NCBI GenBank assembly: GCA_964270895.1
Contig: OZ185438.1
Length of the DNA stretch: 64,000 bases
Strand: one strand, 5' to 3'
DNA from: Podarcis filfolensis
Lineage: Eukaryota
Both the position numbers and the translations under genes were made by a program. Of this stretch, positions 27,385 through 40,855 are shown piece by piece. The notes under the pieces are model-generated. The model had not been told where the DNA came from, made no database searches, and saw only the letters and a list, made by a program, of their open reading frames with translations. Each line of letters opens with the position of its first letter. The first letter of the stretch is position 1.

Positions 27385-27999
27385 CTTTAGCAACTCTGTT
27401 TCACATAACAGCTCATTCCACTCGGGCAGCTGCCACTTTTGTTGCTCTGTAAACCAATGCACCCATATCTGAAATATGCCAAGCAGCCACATGCTACTCA
27501 ACAAACATATTGACATGACAGCACAGTTTAGATGGTATGGAGCTTTGGGGGTAGGGTTTTATGCACATTGTCCCTCAAGTGCTGAAGCAGTCATCTGCCC
27601 ACTGCAGGAAAGCAACAGTTTTTATGTATCCCGCCTGTAGGATACCTCCTGCATCCAGCAGGAGAATGGGACATTGGTTTCTTCCACAACATACATTCTT
27701 GCAAAGGCATCCAAGTCAGGTGGCTGCCCACAGCACCACTCAGTTCATCCAGATCACATTCAGGATCAGGGCTCTTCTCTCTTTTTGTCTTTTCCATGTG
27801 TCTGTTTATTCTTTAAGTGGTTCTGCTAGTCTGAAAATGAGATGTTAGGGAGAAAAAGCTCCAGGGTCACATGTTTCCCATCAAACAGGAGTTATTATAA
27901 CTCACCAGGGGCCAAGAACAAACCTTGACGGTAAGTGACTAGTGTTTTTATCTGTGTCCAAATTCATTGTGGGCCTTTGCCTCTTTGTGGGTATCTTTT

Positions 28000-28003
<4 letters not shown>

Positions 28004-28050
<47 letters not shown>
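28004..28050. repeat. (AG)n microsatellite
   Basis: Directly visible. Confidence 0.95.
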
Positions 28051-28053
<3 letters not shown>

Positions 28054-28197
28054 TGCTCAGTTTCTCAGTTTTCATTTGTGTATTCAGTGTCAGTATTAAA
28101 TATTTGGAGAACAGGAAGCGCTAGACAAAGGATTAACACCATGCTGCTTTGGGATGCAGTAATATAGAGCTATAAATATACATGTTGGTTTCCCTAG

Positions 28198-28312
28198 GAT
28201 ATTGAGCTTCAAGTGAAATGGCCAAACGATATTTACTACAGTGACCTTATGAAGCTGGGTGGCGTTTTAGTGAATTCCACACTAACAGGAGATACATTCC
28301 ACATTCTTATTG
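28198..28312 (+). CDS. HLCS: HLCS internal coding exon (115 bp) with KWPND and KxGG motifs
   Basis: Bounded by ccctag| and TG|gtaaga. Translates [38 protein letters not shown](G). Confidence 0.97.
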
Positions 28313-30171
28313 GTAAGAACATAAATGGTTTAAAATATGTTTGTTTGTTTGTTTGTTTGTTTTTAGGCATTTTTCTGCTATTGATAATGCAAATACATAG
28401 CAAAATAAATGTGGTCGTGATTCACCTGGCCCTTAATGGATTGTTATCTGACTCCCTGCTTTCAGCTTGCAGGAGAAATTATTGATTTGTTCAGTCATGG
28501 GAGGAGAGGCATAATCAAGAATCCTTGATTATTAAATAAATAGTGTCCATGTTGTGTGCTTTAAAGGATAGGTAAATAGGAATAACAGAATCAGGTCTAG
28601 ACTTAGAGCAATCAGCAGACCTACTCTCAGTATCTCCTGCTTCAAAATTAGGAAGCTTCAGGAGATGGTGGCAGCAATACTCATTTATAAACAGTATGAA
28701 GAATGCATCTCAGTGCAATCTCATTTGGAACAGGGATAATGTTTGAGATGATCCAGCTTGAGATCCATGACTTTCACAGTGTTCACCCTGCAGTGGATAG
28801 TTGCTTAACATTTTTTTAAGCCCATATCCATTAACAGCATTCACAATGTTCTCCGCACACACCAGAAAACATCTTGGATAAAACTAATGTGGAAAATACA
28901 CTTTTGAGAATATTATCGTTTCACTTCAGTGCTTATAGGAACAATCCTAAAATCCTATGTCAATCTGTGGGTTTTGTTAACAGAGAATGTTCTTAAATTT
29001 TATAATATGAATTTGATTCCTGACTCCACCCTTCTTAAATGTCAAGATAGCTAATCCACCTCAGATCAATTTATGAATACTACCAAATAATTATTTCCAT
29101 ATTTAATAGGTATATTACTTATAAATTATTAAAGTAATGGTTTCAAAAATAGGGCATTTAAATGTGAGTATACTTGACAAGTCTGGCTCTGGCATCACAT
29201 GCACAGGGAATGGAAAACCTACATTGCTCAGAAAGGGAGGAAAATAAACAGGTAGTAGAAGATTGGTGTGTACATTTCGCAGAGCTATGTTTAGGAGGCC
29301 TGATCAAGAAAGCCCTGAGAGCTGCATTTAAACACCCTGGCTTTCTGCCAATAATATTATCCCCTGCTAGAGAGCTGGGTGAGAAATGAGGCTTCAAAGA
29401 GAGTCTGGCAAGAGAGCCCTTGAAAGCTGAAAGTTGACTTAAATGTGGAATCCTCTAGGCTTTTCTCAAAGAAGCCAGTTGCTGCCCTGGAGCTGGGGGA
29501 AATGCAATTTTTTAAAATGGTAGAATATAGCATTTCATAGCCGCATCTTTCTTTTTCCGATTAATGCTCTCTTGCCTGTATGCTGAGCCATGTGTGTATG
29601 CGTGAGATGGCCCATTAATTTCAACCTAAAGAGCACATCTACACATGCACACCAAACAGTATACGCAGCTCGACTTCCTCCATCAAAATTTAGCAGGGCA
29701 GCCCTTGTAGTGGGGCAGTTTCCATACCCACAAGAACTCATTGTGGTGGAATGGGACATTGTTCTGTCACATATTATGTGTATTGTTCTGTCACATAAAA
29801 ACTGACAAAATATATCATTTGGCAATTTTACTGCACAAAACTGTTCTTTGTTTTAAATGAAGATTGTTCCAAGTTGCATGTCTGGATGTGGATTGTCCTG
29901 GACTGAACTAGCTTTCATTGGAGGAAAAAACCATCAAGCACTGTCATGAGGCTGAGCCAGGCTGTCTTGTATTTAGCACATGAGATGGATTTGAGTTTAT
30001 ATGAGCTTCTGTCATCTTTCATCATTATTTAAAGCAAATCTATTCAGGAAATCTGTAGATGGATTTTTACAGCTGTCTGGAGGAATGGATTTGTCTTATG
30101 ATACAAAGAGACTTTTTCAGAGGAACAAAACTTTTCCTACACTGCCTTTCTAATTTATTTTTCTTCCCCAG

Positions 30172-30385
30172 GCTGTGGATTTAACGTGAATAACAGCAAC
30201 CCCACTATATGCATCAATGATCTCATTATGGAGCACAATAAGACAAAGAATACAGAATTAAAGCCCTTAAGTGCAGATTACCTGATTGCAAGAAGTGTGA
30301 CAGTGCTGGAAAGTCTGATCAACACCTTTCAAGAGAAAGGACCTAATGGAGTTCTTCCCATGTACTATAAGTACTGGGTGCACAG
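30172..30385 (+). CDS. HLCS: HLCS penultimate coding exon (214 bp)
   Basis: Bounded by ccccag| and AG|gtaaat. Translates [71 protein letters not shown](S). Confidence 0.97.
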
Positions 30386-31281
30386 GTAAATAATTTAAAA
30401 TATATATTCTATATCTTTTTTTAAAAGAATACTTATTTTTCTTTTACAAGTAATAAAGAACAACATAAAGAATCAACAACATAAAATAAAATTTCCTTCT
30501 TAATACCGGTAATCTTAATTGTTTTAGTGGTAAATTGAACTAACCCCATCAAGAGGCATTTATCTCAAACCAATAGTGACTGATCAGATATATATGTATG
30601 TATGCATTTAACGTTTCACTTTTTCAGCATGTGTTAGAAGTATTTGTTTATGCATAGGCAGATTTGTCATTGAGCATCCATGCATTAAAATATATCAGGA
30701 TGTTTACATTGGAGTTGTTCCTTAAAGCTACATTTACCTAGCATTTTGAGTTAACGTGCTAGACATGGGTCATGAAGTCTGAGCTTTGCAGAATATCTGA
30801 GAAGAAACAGATTAATTTTACTATAGTTAAGCAAGTCTACCTATGAACGGGTGGGTGCAGGAACTTCCCACTGACATTGTTCATTATGATGGTAGGCCAT
30901 GTCAGTAAACCCTATTGTGTATAAGCTATGTAGGATCCATGTGCCTTTCTGAAGAATTATCTCTTGTACAGTGCCATTTATATGAATTTCATTAATCCAT
31001 TTATTTCCTTTTGTCTATTCAAAGTTGGTTAAAACCCTCTGTTTAGATGGGGAAATCATTCATTTCTTAATTTTTATTCAAGGATTTTTACATCATTTTT
31101 CAAAACCCAAAATTTTCCCGAAGCATCTTCCAATCAGTATAAAAACATTTTAAACTTAATATCAATATCTAAAATACCAAAGCCTTTTACATGTTTATGT
31201 AACATTTATAATTAGACTGAGGTGAGTTTATGAAACTTGATGGTTTTTTAAAGTGGGTAATTCCTTGTTTTTTATTTGCAG

Positions 31282-31453
31282 TGGTAAACAAGTACGGCTT
31301 GGAAGTGATGAAGGGCCTTTAGCGTGGATCGTTGGAATCGATGATTCCGGATACCTTCAAGTTCATGAGGAAGGCAAAGATGTAGTAACCGTGCACCCAG
31401 ATGGCAATACTTTTGATATGCTGAGAAACCTGATAATTCCAAAACAGCAGTAG
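31282..31453 (+). CDS. HLCS: HLCS terminal coding exon (C-terminal domain), stop TAG at 31451-31453
   Basis: Acceptor ttgcag|. Translates [56 protein letters not shown]. The five exons total 730 nt = 1 + 243 codons, so the frame is consistent. Confidence 0.97.
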
Positions 31454-34400
31454 TTTTTGAATGTGGTGAAACAGCTTCTCTCTCAGACCATTTTCTAGAG
31501 TTTGGCTGGAGGCTGTCAAACTAGAAGTATCTAATCTGAAGAATTGAAACACTGTATACCAAGGAAAACATTGAATTTTGAGTCATTTAATTTTCCTGGG
31601 CTCTTGGCCCAGTGACCTGGGATTTAGTGGCTTTTCATGTTTGTTTGTTTGTTTTCCTTTCAGTCTCCATGCAGATGTGAAGGAAACCTTATGGTCAGCA
31701 TGAAAAGCTCTAGCTTCCAATTTTTGGCATGGAACACTCAAGTAGAATTAGCTCCATAAATCTGTGTTATCCTGTTACTACAGATTCTTCACGCTTGCAC
31801 TTACAGTATACCTTTACATCCAGTGCTCATATTACTTTGTATCTATAGGAAGGAATGCATTTTGCAGTAGAATATTTCCTATATTAAAATGATATAATAA
31901 GTTTGGTTTACCAATGCCCCAGCTTAGTATGGTGTTTTGTTTTTAAGTTGTGGATGAACAGCTATATGCAAAATGAAGTTATATTATTCATTTTGAACAT
32001 CTGTTTTAGAGTATGCCATAAAATTATTTAAAGAATTTTACCCCTCCTGCTGTCTCATACCCACAAAACAATGATCAAAAGGAATTTTAGCCTTTTAGTA
32101 AGGCTGTGTTATATTGGAGTCCAAGTCTTTCAGAAGCTTGATGTTTCCACAACTGACCACTAATTGTTATTTTTTCTAACAATAGATTTCTGACAGTTGC
32201 CCTGATTCCTATAAGACTATACAGAATCTTCCAAGCTTATGGAATTGCTTGGAAGTATGTTTCAAGTTCGCAGTGCTATTTTGCATTTTCCTTGGATTAT
32301 GAATCCGACAAGTGTTTCTGCTGTAATGGCTATAGCAGAACCTATTTTCCTGTATTATCTATTGTGCCTTATGCATTAAATATATCATAGTGTATGATAC
32401 ATAATTATGTGTCATCTCGCCTACTTGGTATGGTCCTCTGATCACTCTGATCATTTTTATGATCAGATGCCAAATACTGATGAATAGATGACACGTTCAG
32501 CTTCTTGCACTGTTCTCAGAGGCTCCTAGGTGTATGACTGTGTTTCTGGACTAGGCTGCCTAGGCTTATGGAACTCGCTCTCAACCCAGCCCTCCCAGGC
32601 TATAGTTTGAAACCAATTTCTGCATATTGGGGAACTGTTGGTAACATGACCTCCTAATGAGAACTGCCATGGGTTCTAAAGGACTCCCTCGTGTTACGTT
32701 AAGAAAGTGCCCTGAAATGCATGCCTGACATGTAGCCAGAAGCAGGTTTGTAGGTTAAAGTTCACTTTATAAAGAATCAGGAAATAAGTAGATTGGCTCA
32801 AATATAAATCCAAGAAGCCTTAAAGAAAGCAAAGAAGTTGGCCTGTAAGGGTGGATTAGCATAATCCCTGCATATTGGAGTCTTGAGTAGTTTGACTATA
32901 AATTACTGGAGATTAAGTTTTCATTTCATTTAAAATGAGGATTTTGACTTCTGTTGCATAATGTTTCCCACACTGTGACATCTATGACTGTTTCTTGTTT
33001 GATGGCATTGTTATCTAACCAATGAAAAAGTAAAACAATTTAGCTTATTTGAGTGGCTGTATATTGATTATTTGTTCAAACAACTAATGGTGAGAAGTAA
33101 TGACTTGCAAAACTCTCTGGGACTAGGAATTCAAAGCTCCTCTTATTATTGATTTAATAACTCCAGTGATCCTTAAGATTGAGTTAGTATAATAAAATAA
33201 ATGGAAACTCCAGCAATGTATTTGGTATTCAATTTTTATTTTTATTTGCCTGTGGAATCCTTCTGTCCTATTGTCCTATCTCAGGAGCTTTTAAATGTAT
33301 GATTCATACTATTTACCTGTTAGCTGCCAAATTAATAGAGCAGGGCTGTGCCACTTCATTGTTCAGTCTGAACCTTCATCCCAAGTCGCACAGCAATCCA
33401 CTCCCCAGTTTCTACCTGACATCTTGCAAACATGTTCCTACTGTGAAAAGCTTATGACTTTTCACAGTATGCACCATTTTAATAATGTAGGGTAGTTTGA
33501 GTATACATGACAGCCAAGATTGCTCACAATTATTCAGGAGGGTAAATTCAAAAAAGAGGTGTTGAATTTGGAGACGGGATCAGTGAAATTTAATTGTTGA
33601 AAGGTTCTCTAAAGCTTGTTCTTCATTTAATTCTGCCCCTTTCACTTACTAATTTCTGCCCTGGTTTTTAATATGTGTTTGAGGAAATGTAGGGTACAAC
33701 ATCACTATTGATGTTATTTGGGGCAGTGAAAGATCAGACAGATGAGGGAAGGGATAACTTCATGCTATCGTGTCATCTGGCAGTCCATCAGATGTAATTG
33801 TTTTGCTACAGAATACTATACCAGTGAACAGAAAAAAAACAGCTACCATATAGAATTTGGTATCTACCTGGCATTCATTATCAAGGTTGGGCTAGATGAA
33901 AGGGACAGGCCTAATCTCTTCCTATGGTGTCCTGATTGGTGCAGCAGCAATATATATTCAATGGCTGGGGAGAAGGGGTCCATCATCCACTTTGCTTTTC
34001 ATAGCAGCCTGTCCAGCAATTAACTGATGCCAAAGATTTACATCAGGTGCTGGGCTCTCAGGACAGGACAGGGTTCTTGTTGATGTGAGAGGTGGTCTTT
34101 GAGATGCTCTTGGAGACCTCCTCACTTGTTGCCATGCATGTCCGGATGGCAATGGCAAAGAGTGTTTTTTACTAGCTTTAGGTGGTGTGCCTGCTGCTCC
34201 TTTTCCTAGTGAAGCTTGTTCTGGCCTTTGTCATTCATGCCTTAATTATACAAGGTGACCTTCCATAACAATGTGAAAGATGGACAGTTCTCTGCTCCAT
34301 TGACTTCTGTTTGCCTGAGTGACTGAGCATGTGGTTGGTCTAGATCTTCCCCTTCTTCCACTCCTCCCTGTTTCATGTATGCACAGAACACATTTTATTG

Positions 34401-34579
34401 ATTTATTAAACTTGATTTTGTATTGTTTGACTATATTTGTTTCTTTTTGGAAAAATCAGTAAAGATACCTGTTAATCAAAAAATTATATCTAGATTAGAT
34501 AACAATAACACAATCTACATAGAGCTAGAGTTTTAGTTGGGCTTTATAGCTACTCTTTATACCCTACTCATACTGGTTA

Positions 34580-35015
34580 CCAATTTGTTTCGAAGCTAAA
34601 TTCAAAGCGTTGGTTTCAACCTTTAAAGTACTAAAGAAGCTTGTCCTCTCCCACATGAGCCTGCTTGTAGCTTAAGATCAACAACAGACACCCTGCTCTG
34701 TGCCCCATTATAATTAGATGATGGGTGGGCATCAGAGACAAGGCCTTTTCTGTGCTGGTACTTAGACCTGGAATGCCTCCTATGGGAGATCTCCCAAGCT
34801 CCATCTTTGCTTGCATTTTACAGAGCTGTTTTTTCTTCTACTGGTGTTTGGTACTAGACTAATTGCTTGGCCTATTATTATTATTTTATCTTGCTATATA
34901 TTTATACTGTTACTTCTTAATATCCCTTACTGAATTATTTTGTAGTTTATATATATGGTATGTTTTTTTGTAAGCTGCTTTGAATTTATTGTGTAGAAAA
35001 TTGGGGTAGAAATTT
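34580..35015 (+). mobile_element. Old L2 3' fragment in or near the HLCS 3' UTR
   Basis: tttcgaagctaaattcaaagcgttggtttcaacctttaaag reads FEAKFKALVSTFK, matching RAQFKVLVLTFK. Further on are aggccttttctgtg...ctggaatgccct-like bases and an AT-rich 3' UTR. Confidence 0.65.
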
Positions 35016-35045
35016 GAATAAGACATAAGATTTTCTTACCTGGAT

Positions 35046-35051
35046 AATAAA
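35046..35051 (+). terminator. Candidate HLCS polyadenylation signal (AATAAA), about 3.6 kb after the stop
   Basis: AATAAA followed by a U/GU-rich tract (tatggtttgttttattt). Alternatives are ATTAAA at 31883 and 32375 and AATAAA at 33191. Usage is unverified. Confidence 0.3.
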
Positions 35052-37029
35052 GAATGTAAACCTTTGTTAAAGTAAAAACAACCTATGGTTTGTTTTATTT
35101 CAAACCATATTACAGTTTTTGCACTGGAAAAATTCTTTCATTTAATTTCCTTTTTGTAAATGAAAAGTAATGAAGTGTGGACATGTTGAAGCACAAGTGG
35201 ATTAGGTGGGAATATCACTTTTACTTCTGCTTTTGAATGGCCTGCACTGTACATACAAGACAACATTCATGTCTTGAATGAAGGGGGGGGTGTCAGCATC
35301 AATTGTAAACTGTCATATACCTGACTTTATTTTTGTTTGCTTCAGAACAGCTGAATAAGGCCTTTCTGACTCACAGCTGTCGCAGTCAGAAATGCCTGCA
35401 GGACTTTCTATAGGACACACAAGTAAAGGTGTGCATGGGTAGTACAGCTGGTAATCACATTGTTTTCCACATCAAATGTGGCAACTACTCACCATTTCTG
35501 TATGAAAACCATTTTATAACAGTCCTTGTGACTTTATAACATAGCAAAATGTGTCTGGACAGAGTCTGGAGGAGCCAGCCAGGCATCCTGGAATCCAGAA
35601 GTAGCCCTCTGAAAATGTGCAATACTATTAAAATGTCCAGGTTAGTAAAACACCTTTTCCACTGTGTAGCTGATGTCGTCTTTCAGACTGTTCTTTAGAT
35701 GAAGTGCTTTCAAAAATATTTCATTATGGTGCCCATATTTTTTTGCAATATGCGCTTTTCTTCCGGACCAAAGTTTTAAAACTCCTCATTACATATTAAG
35801 AAAATATCTGTACAGATTATTTATTGACAGTAAGGCTTCTTAAGGAACTCTGGTGTGCTAGTATTTGAAAAGAACGAGGTAAATTGCATCCAGACAGAAC
35901 TGATGACCTTTCCAGAATTACACAATTTCCACCAGGTTAGGTACTCAGAACTAAGAATAAACTGGCATTAGTCATCTATAAGCCTCCATAACACCTTGAA
36001 ATACATGTCCTAGCAAGTCGTTATGCCTCGGTTATCTTTTTTAAAGCATGGTGTGTTTATGCTATGGATCATGCTTTCCTTCTGCAGGAATTTTTTTTTT
36101 TAACTGATTACAAAGTGCAAGTTAATAGTTTTGTTTCAGCATAGTTCTGATTTTTGAAGCTAGGTGGTGGGAATATTTATACATTGCATAGCTGCCAATA
36201 GAAGTGCTGTTAAACAATATATCGTGTGGAAAGCAGGACATAGCAGTTCTTTGTAGTCTCTGTGCAGTCTCACCTTTCTGTTCTCCACATGTGTAGATTA
36301 ATATTTGGAACTTCTGGAGCAAGCTGGTAACATTCTGGCATGAAAGACTTATCTGCACAGCCGTAGCACACACCTAAGAACTTCACCTTCTTGATCAATT
36401 CCTTTGTGACTGCTGCAGTAGCGATTACAGGAACGGTAGAAAGGTAGGCACTTCTTTCCTTCTACCTCAGAACTTTGTTCCTCTTCTTTTTTTGCCTTGC
36501 CAGATACTTCTTCACCTACCCACAAGCAAACTTGGGACTGTCAAATGTTTGTACTGTTGCAGAGATGCACTGCACAGTCTTGTAAAACTAAAGACTGCCA
36601 TTCTAGCATTTTCAAGGAAAAAGTAAACTTGATCTTTTGTTTGGAAGTCCTTTTGGTGTTAAATCCATCTGCAGCAATAGCATTTGGACCAACCTGAATG
36701 TTGCAAAATGGTAAGCAAGCCTTCATGATGGTTGTTAAACAAACGGAAATGGAGACGAGGGGGAAAACTTGTTTGATGTTGAAGTTGTGGAGTCTGCAGT
36801 CTTAACATAGACTGTGGAAGGGGTTAGCAAACTTAAATAGATAAGGCTGTACTAGGTACTATGCATGTTAAGTTGTGTCTAGGACTGCTCGGACAAAGAA
36901 ACGTACAGTGGTTGAACCCCATTTCTGAAAATATAGTCCAGTTGTTACCCAGATCTTTCTCCATCATTAGATTCAACAGATACTTTGGTAAGGTGGAAAG
37001 CAGATATACTGAGAAACTAGGCAATTTTT

Positions 37030-37181
37030 GAACATCAAAGCAGCAGCAATAGAGATGATTGGATCCCTTTCTGACCTCGAAGCATGGGTACCTCCAACAA
37101 AAATTTAAAATTTGGCTCTGTAATTTGGAACTAATGTGATTTGATTGGTTTGTTAATAAAAATTATTTTTTTTAAAAAAAA
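37030..37181 (+). mobile_element. Short retroposed insert (probable L1 3' tip) with AATAAA, A-tail and perfect 19-bp TSD
   Basis: GAGAAACTAGGCAATTTTT at 37011-37029 and 37182-37200. AATAAA at 37155-37160, A8 tail. Confidence 0.8.
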
Positions 37182-37384
37182 GAGAAACTAGGCAATTTTT
37201 ATATTAACTATAAAGCCAGAGATTATTTTTAAGTGGTGCACTCAGATAAACAAAGAAGTCAATGCAAAGCAAATTGACTACTATTAGTAGTTGGAGAGAA
37301 AGACCTATAACAAAGCCCCTTCTTCAAGTGATAGAAGCGAATCTTTCTCCAGTTTTAGGATTCCACTCCTGAATAGGGTATTCT

Positions 37385-37501
37385 AAAGTTAAAGGATCCC
37401 TGACAGTTAAGTCCAGTCACGAACGACTCTGGGGTTGCGGTGCTCATCTCGCTTTATTGGTTGAGGGAGCCGGCGTACAGCTTCCGGGTCATGTGGCCAG
37501 C
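37385..37501 (-). mobile_element. 5'-truncated Sauria SINE (3' part)
   Basis: Reverse complement of gctggccacatgacccggaagctgtacgccggctccctc..ccaataaagcgagatgagcaccgcaaccccagagtcg...tcaggga.cctttaacttt. Confidence 0.85.
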
Positions 37502-38494
37502 TTGCTCACTATTTTGACATTTTGGCTAGTCATTTTTTTTTCCTCACGGACCCACATGGCTACATTTTTTATGCTTAATACAACTTCATTCCATCATAGC
37601 TTGAGTTGAGGATGGGAATAAGTGCGGTGGGGGGAGCATTTAATTAAGTATCAATAGAATTACATTCAAAAGTTCTGAATAAGCCCTAACATTCTGTCTG
37701 TTTCTAGAACTGCTATGCAGTGAGGAAAACAAATGATGCATTTCATTTCATTGAATTACCTAAATTGGTCAATGTAATATTAAAAATACAATAAACATCA
37801 AACGTATTTTATAAATACACATTATTTGTACTGTACTTCTAAAACCAAGCAAATAATAGAAGTCCATTATTCCTTTGTCTACAGTATTTTATTTAACATA
37901 GTCTTACGTAATAAATAAGCAAAAGCTTTACAATTTAAGGGAGTAGATATATAATCCTAAGCAATAGTAGGATGTGTATGTATTTCTTTTTCCACATACT
38001 TTTGTCAAATAATTTATTTTTGCATCATAAAAAAGCAAAATCTAATGTTCCAGTAGAGGAACAAACAGAAGAGTTTTCTCTCAAGAAACTAGCTCAAAAA
38101 ACTGTATCGTGATTTTGGACAAGTAAAATTATAGTAGGAATTTTATTAATGCATTCAATGCTGTCCTTTACTTATGAATGTGAAGTTCAAATCCTAAACC
38201 TATTTACTAGTGAGCAAGCCCCACTAAACATAGCTAGACTCACTTTCTGAGTAAACATGCATAGGATTATGCATCTTAAAATTATTCACTGGTTTGTTGC
38301 TGCAAAGTTGAGCTTTTTAACCAAAGTAGATTGATGCGAGGGAAATCTACACAATTGTACTCAGCAGAGCAGTTTGTACTAGGTGTGTGTGGCATTTCTA
38401 CTCATAAGATACAAAACTGAGGGTTACATTTCCCAACTCCATTTTTTACCATTTCTTACAAAGTGTATAGAACCCTGCAAAGTACAATGATAGG

Positions 38495-38663
38495 CTTTTT
38501 TTCTGGGGGGACACAGGGGTACACGTACCCCTAAACATTTTGTGAATCTTTGTACTTTTCTTCATTTACTGTATTTCTTTTCCACAATTTGAACTATAAA
38601 GTGGTGATTTTCTTGAGTCAAAATGGGAGTACCCCTAAACATTTTTTTAGAAAAAAAGCACTG
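38495..38663. mobile_element. hAT-like MITE (CAGTGCTTTTTTTCT TIR, left end eroded)
   Basis: Right TIR agaaaaaaagcactg, left cttttttttct. Flanks atgatagg / gtgatagg (7/8). Internal repeat tacccctaaacatttt. Confidence 0.7.
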
Positions 38664-40849
38664 GTGATAGGTAATTATAGTTCATTAATTATAGTTCATA
38701 ATCAAGAAGAGAAATGGCAAAGTAAAAAAGTGGGTGTCCCACTCTCTGTACTTCCATTGCATGTAAATGATACATCCAGTTTTCAAGCACTATTCAGGAT
38801 TTTTAAAGTTTTATCCATCGTGAGAGGGAAGGGCTGCATGTGACAGCCTCACCCCTTATGACTGGGAAGGTCTGCAGAGGGACTGTAAGTACATTGAGCT
38901 GAAAAGGGTTCCAATTCTTAGGAAGCCTGATTGCAGGGAGCACTGTAAGCTCATAAACAAAAATGTGCTTGCAAGTCCTCTTCAGGTCTTCCCAGGAAGA
39001 TCAGAAGCGAAGGGCCAGAGCAGGCATGTGCATCCTTGAGTCCTCTCTGTGGATAGGACTTCAAAATGCCTAAGGTAATTTATACATTGTGATAGTGGCA
39101 GGTTGTTAATTATTTGAAACTGCTTATCGTCAACAGCATTACCTAAATGACACTGGGCAATTGAACAGTTTAAAAAGTGTACTTTTCAGAAATATTTTCT
39201 TTCTTACAAAGTGAAAGAGGCTTAGCATATATACAGTCACTCTGAAGAAAATAAAGTAAGTATGCTACACTGCAGTTGTGTATCAGATTTCTTTTTATGA
39301 GTCAGCTAATTGCCTGTATCTCATTGGGGAATACATTTTTTCACGTAGCAAAATAAACAAATGTTATTTGGCATAAATGTATTCTTTCAGGATTACATCT
39401 GCATGAACACTTTGAAAGACTGTAAACAAACTTGCATCTGGCAATAGAATTGTGTAATGACATCATGATAAGATCATTCACAAAAGCACCTTTCTATGAA
39501 GACAAGCTAAGGGTGCTGCTGCTGTTTTCAGCAATATCAATTACATCAGAAAAGGTATCAACGTTCACAGAATTTACCTTGGGCATCTGGGAGGATATTT
39601 TTGTTTGGCTGTTAGGGGGGAAAGTTCACTTCCATCCTGTTAAGTACATTAGTCCAATTTAACTATAAAATTAAGTCTCTGGCAAGTTTGTTGCCCAGAT
39701 AATTTATGCATGTTCTTAACACTTAGAAGACACACCACCAAGCAGCAGTTTTTTGTAGTCAAGGTATTGAAATATGTTCTACAACAATTAGCACTGTGCA
39801 AAGGATGTGTCAGACACCTCTTAGTGCAGTGTGGTGAATATTACAAAGATGAGGCTAGAGCCCAAACTGTAAATGTGAAGTTCCCTTTATCTTAAAAACC
39901 ATTCAAAATAATGCAGTTTTGAGCCTTCCAATTCATAAAATACTCTAAGCATTTATCCAAATGTAACTATGACCAAAGAATGGTAGCCAGTTCACCTGGA
40001 AGCACACACTTTTTTCTCAGCCTGAAAGATCAAGCACAAGAGGGAATGAACAAGGCCATTCATTCAAACAAACAAACAAACAAACAAACATGTGCAAGAA
40101 AGAAGGATGACCCAGTACCCCATAAAGCACTAGAGATGAAACATATTAGTCATGGTGAACAATGGGCTGAAGGCAAGGTGCCTAGCACCTATGGGAGAAG
40201 CGTATTTTTACACTTTGGGAACTATTGGCTTCAACTCAAGGCACAGGCTAAGTATGAATTCTAATGTACACTGCTTTGGCACTACTTAAAAATGTGCATG
40301 CTCACAATGGTTAACTTTAAATAGGGCAATACTGAGCACAACCGATCACTTTTAAAAAGCTTATTTCCTTACAGTAACAAATAGCCTTATAAAATTAGAC
40401 AAGGAAATGGATGCTGCGTATTGTATTGCTGCGTCTAAATGCAGAAAAATAGTTTAAGAAAATGTCCTCATTACCTTTCAACTTAGTTGAGATTTGAAAA
40501 GGTGCAATCAAAGCTGTTTCCATATTGCACAAGTTAAATTATATATTATTTCTTGGAGAAATATTCTTAAATTGGTTCTGTCTATACTCTAAACAACAGC
40601 AAAACTGTTATTTGCTTCCTGGGGGCACAGTCGTTCTTCCATGCTTCTAATGAAAACTTCACTTGTCTGAAGGACATTTTAGAAGTTTTTGATGTAGCTC
40701 ACAGTTCAGCAAAGCTAAGAAAAACTAGTCAAATTAAAATATACATCTGACTCCAGTGTTAATGTTCTTTAATGCCAACCATTTTTATGCATAAGCTTTT
40801 TACATATTAGGGTGCCTTCTGTTCTGTGATAGAGTAAGATGATAAATGG

Positions 40850-40855
40850 TTTATT
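40850..40855 (-). terminator. Candidate SIM2 polyadenylation signal (AATAAA on -)
   Basis: tttatt on +, about 1.25 kb past the SIM2 stop. A second candidate lies at 41015-41020. Usage is unverified. Confidence 0.25.

Noticed and set aside
27967-28167. ERERER ORFs (also 54107-54409 and 55640-55966)
   Set aside because: Microsatellite translations.
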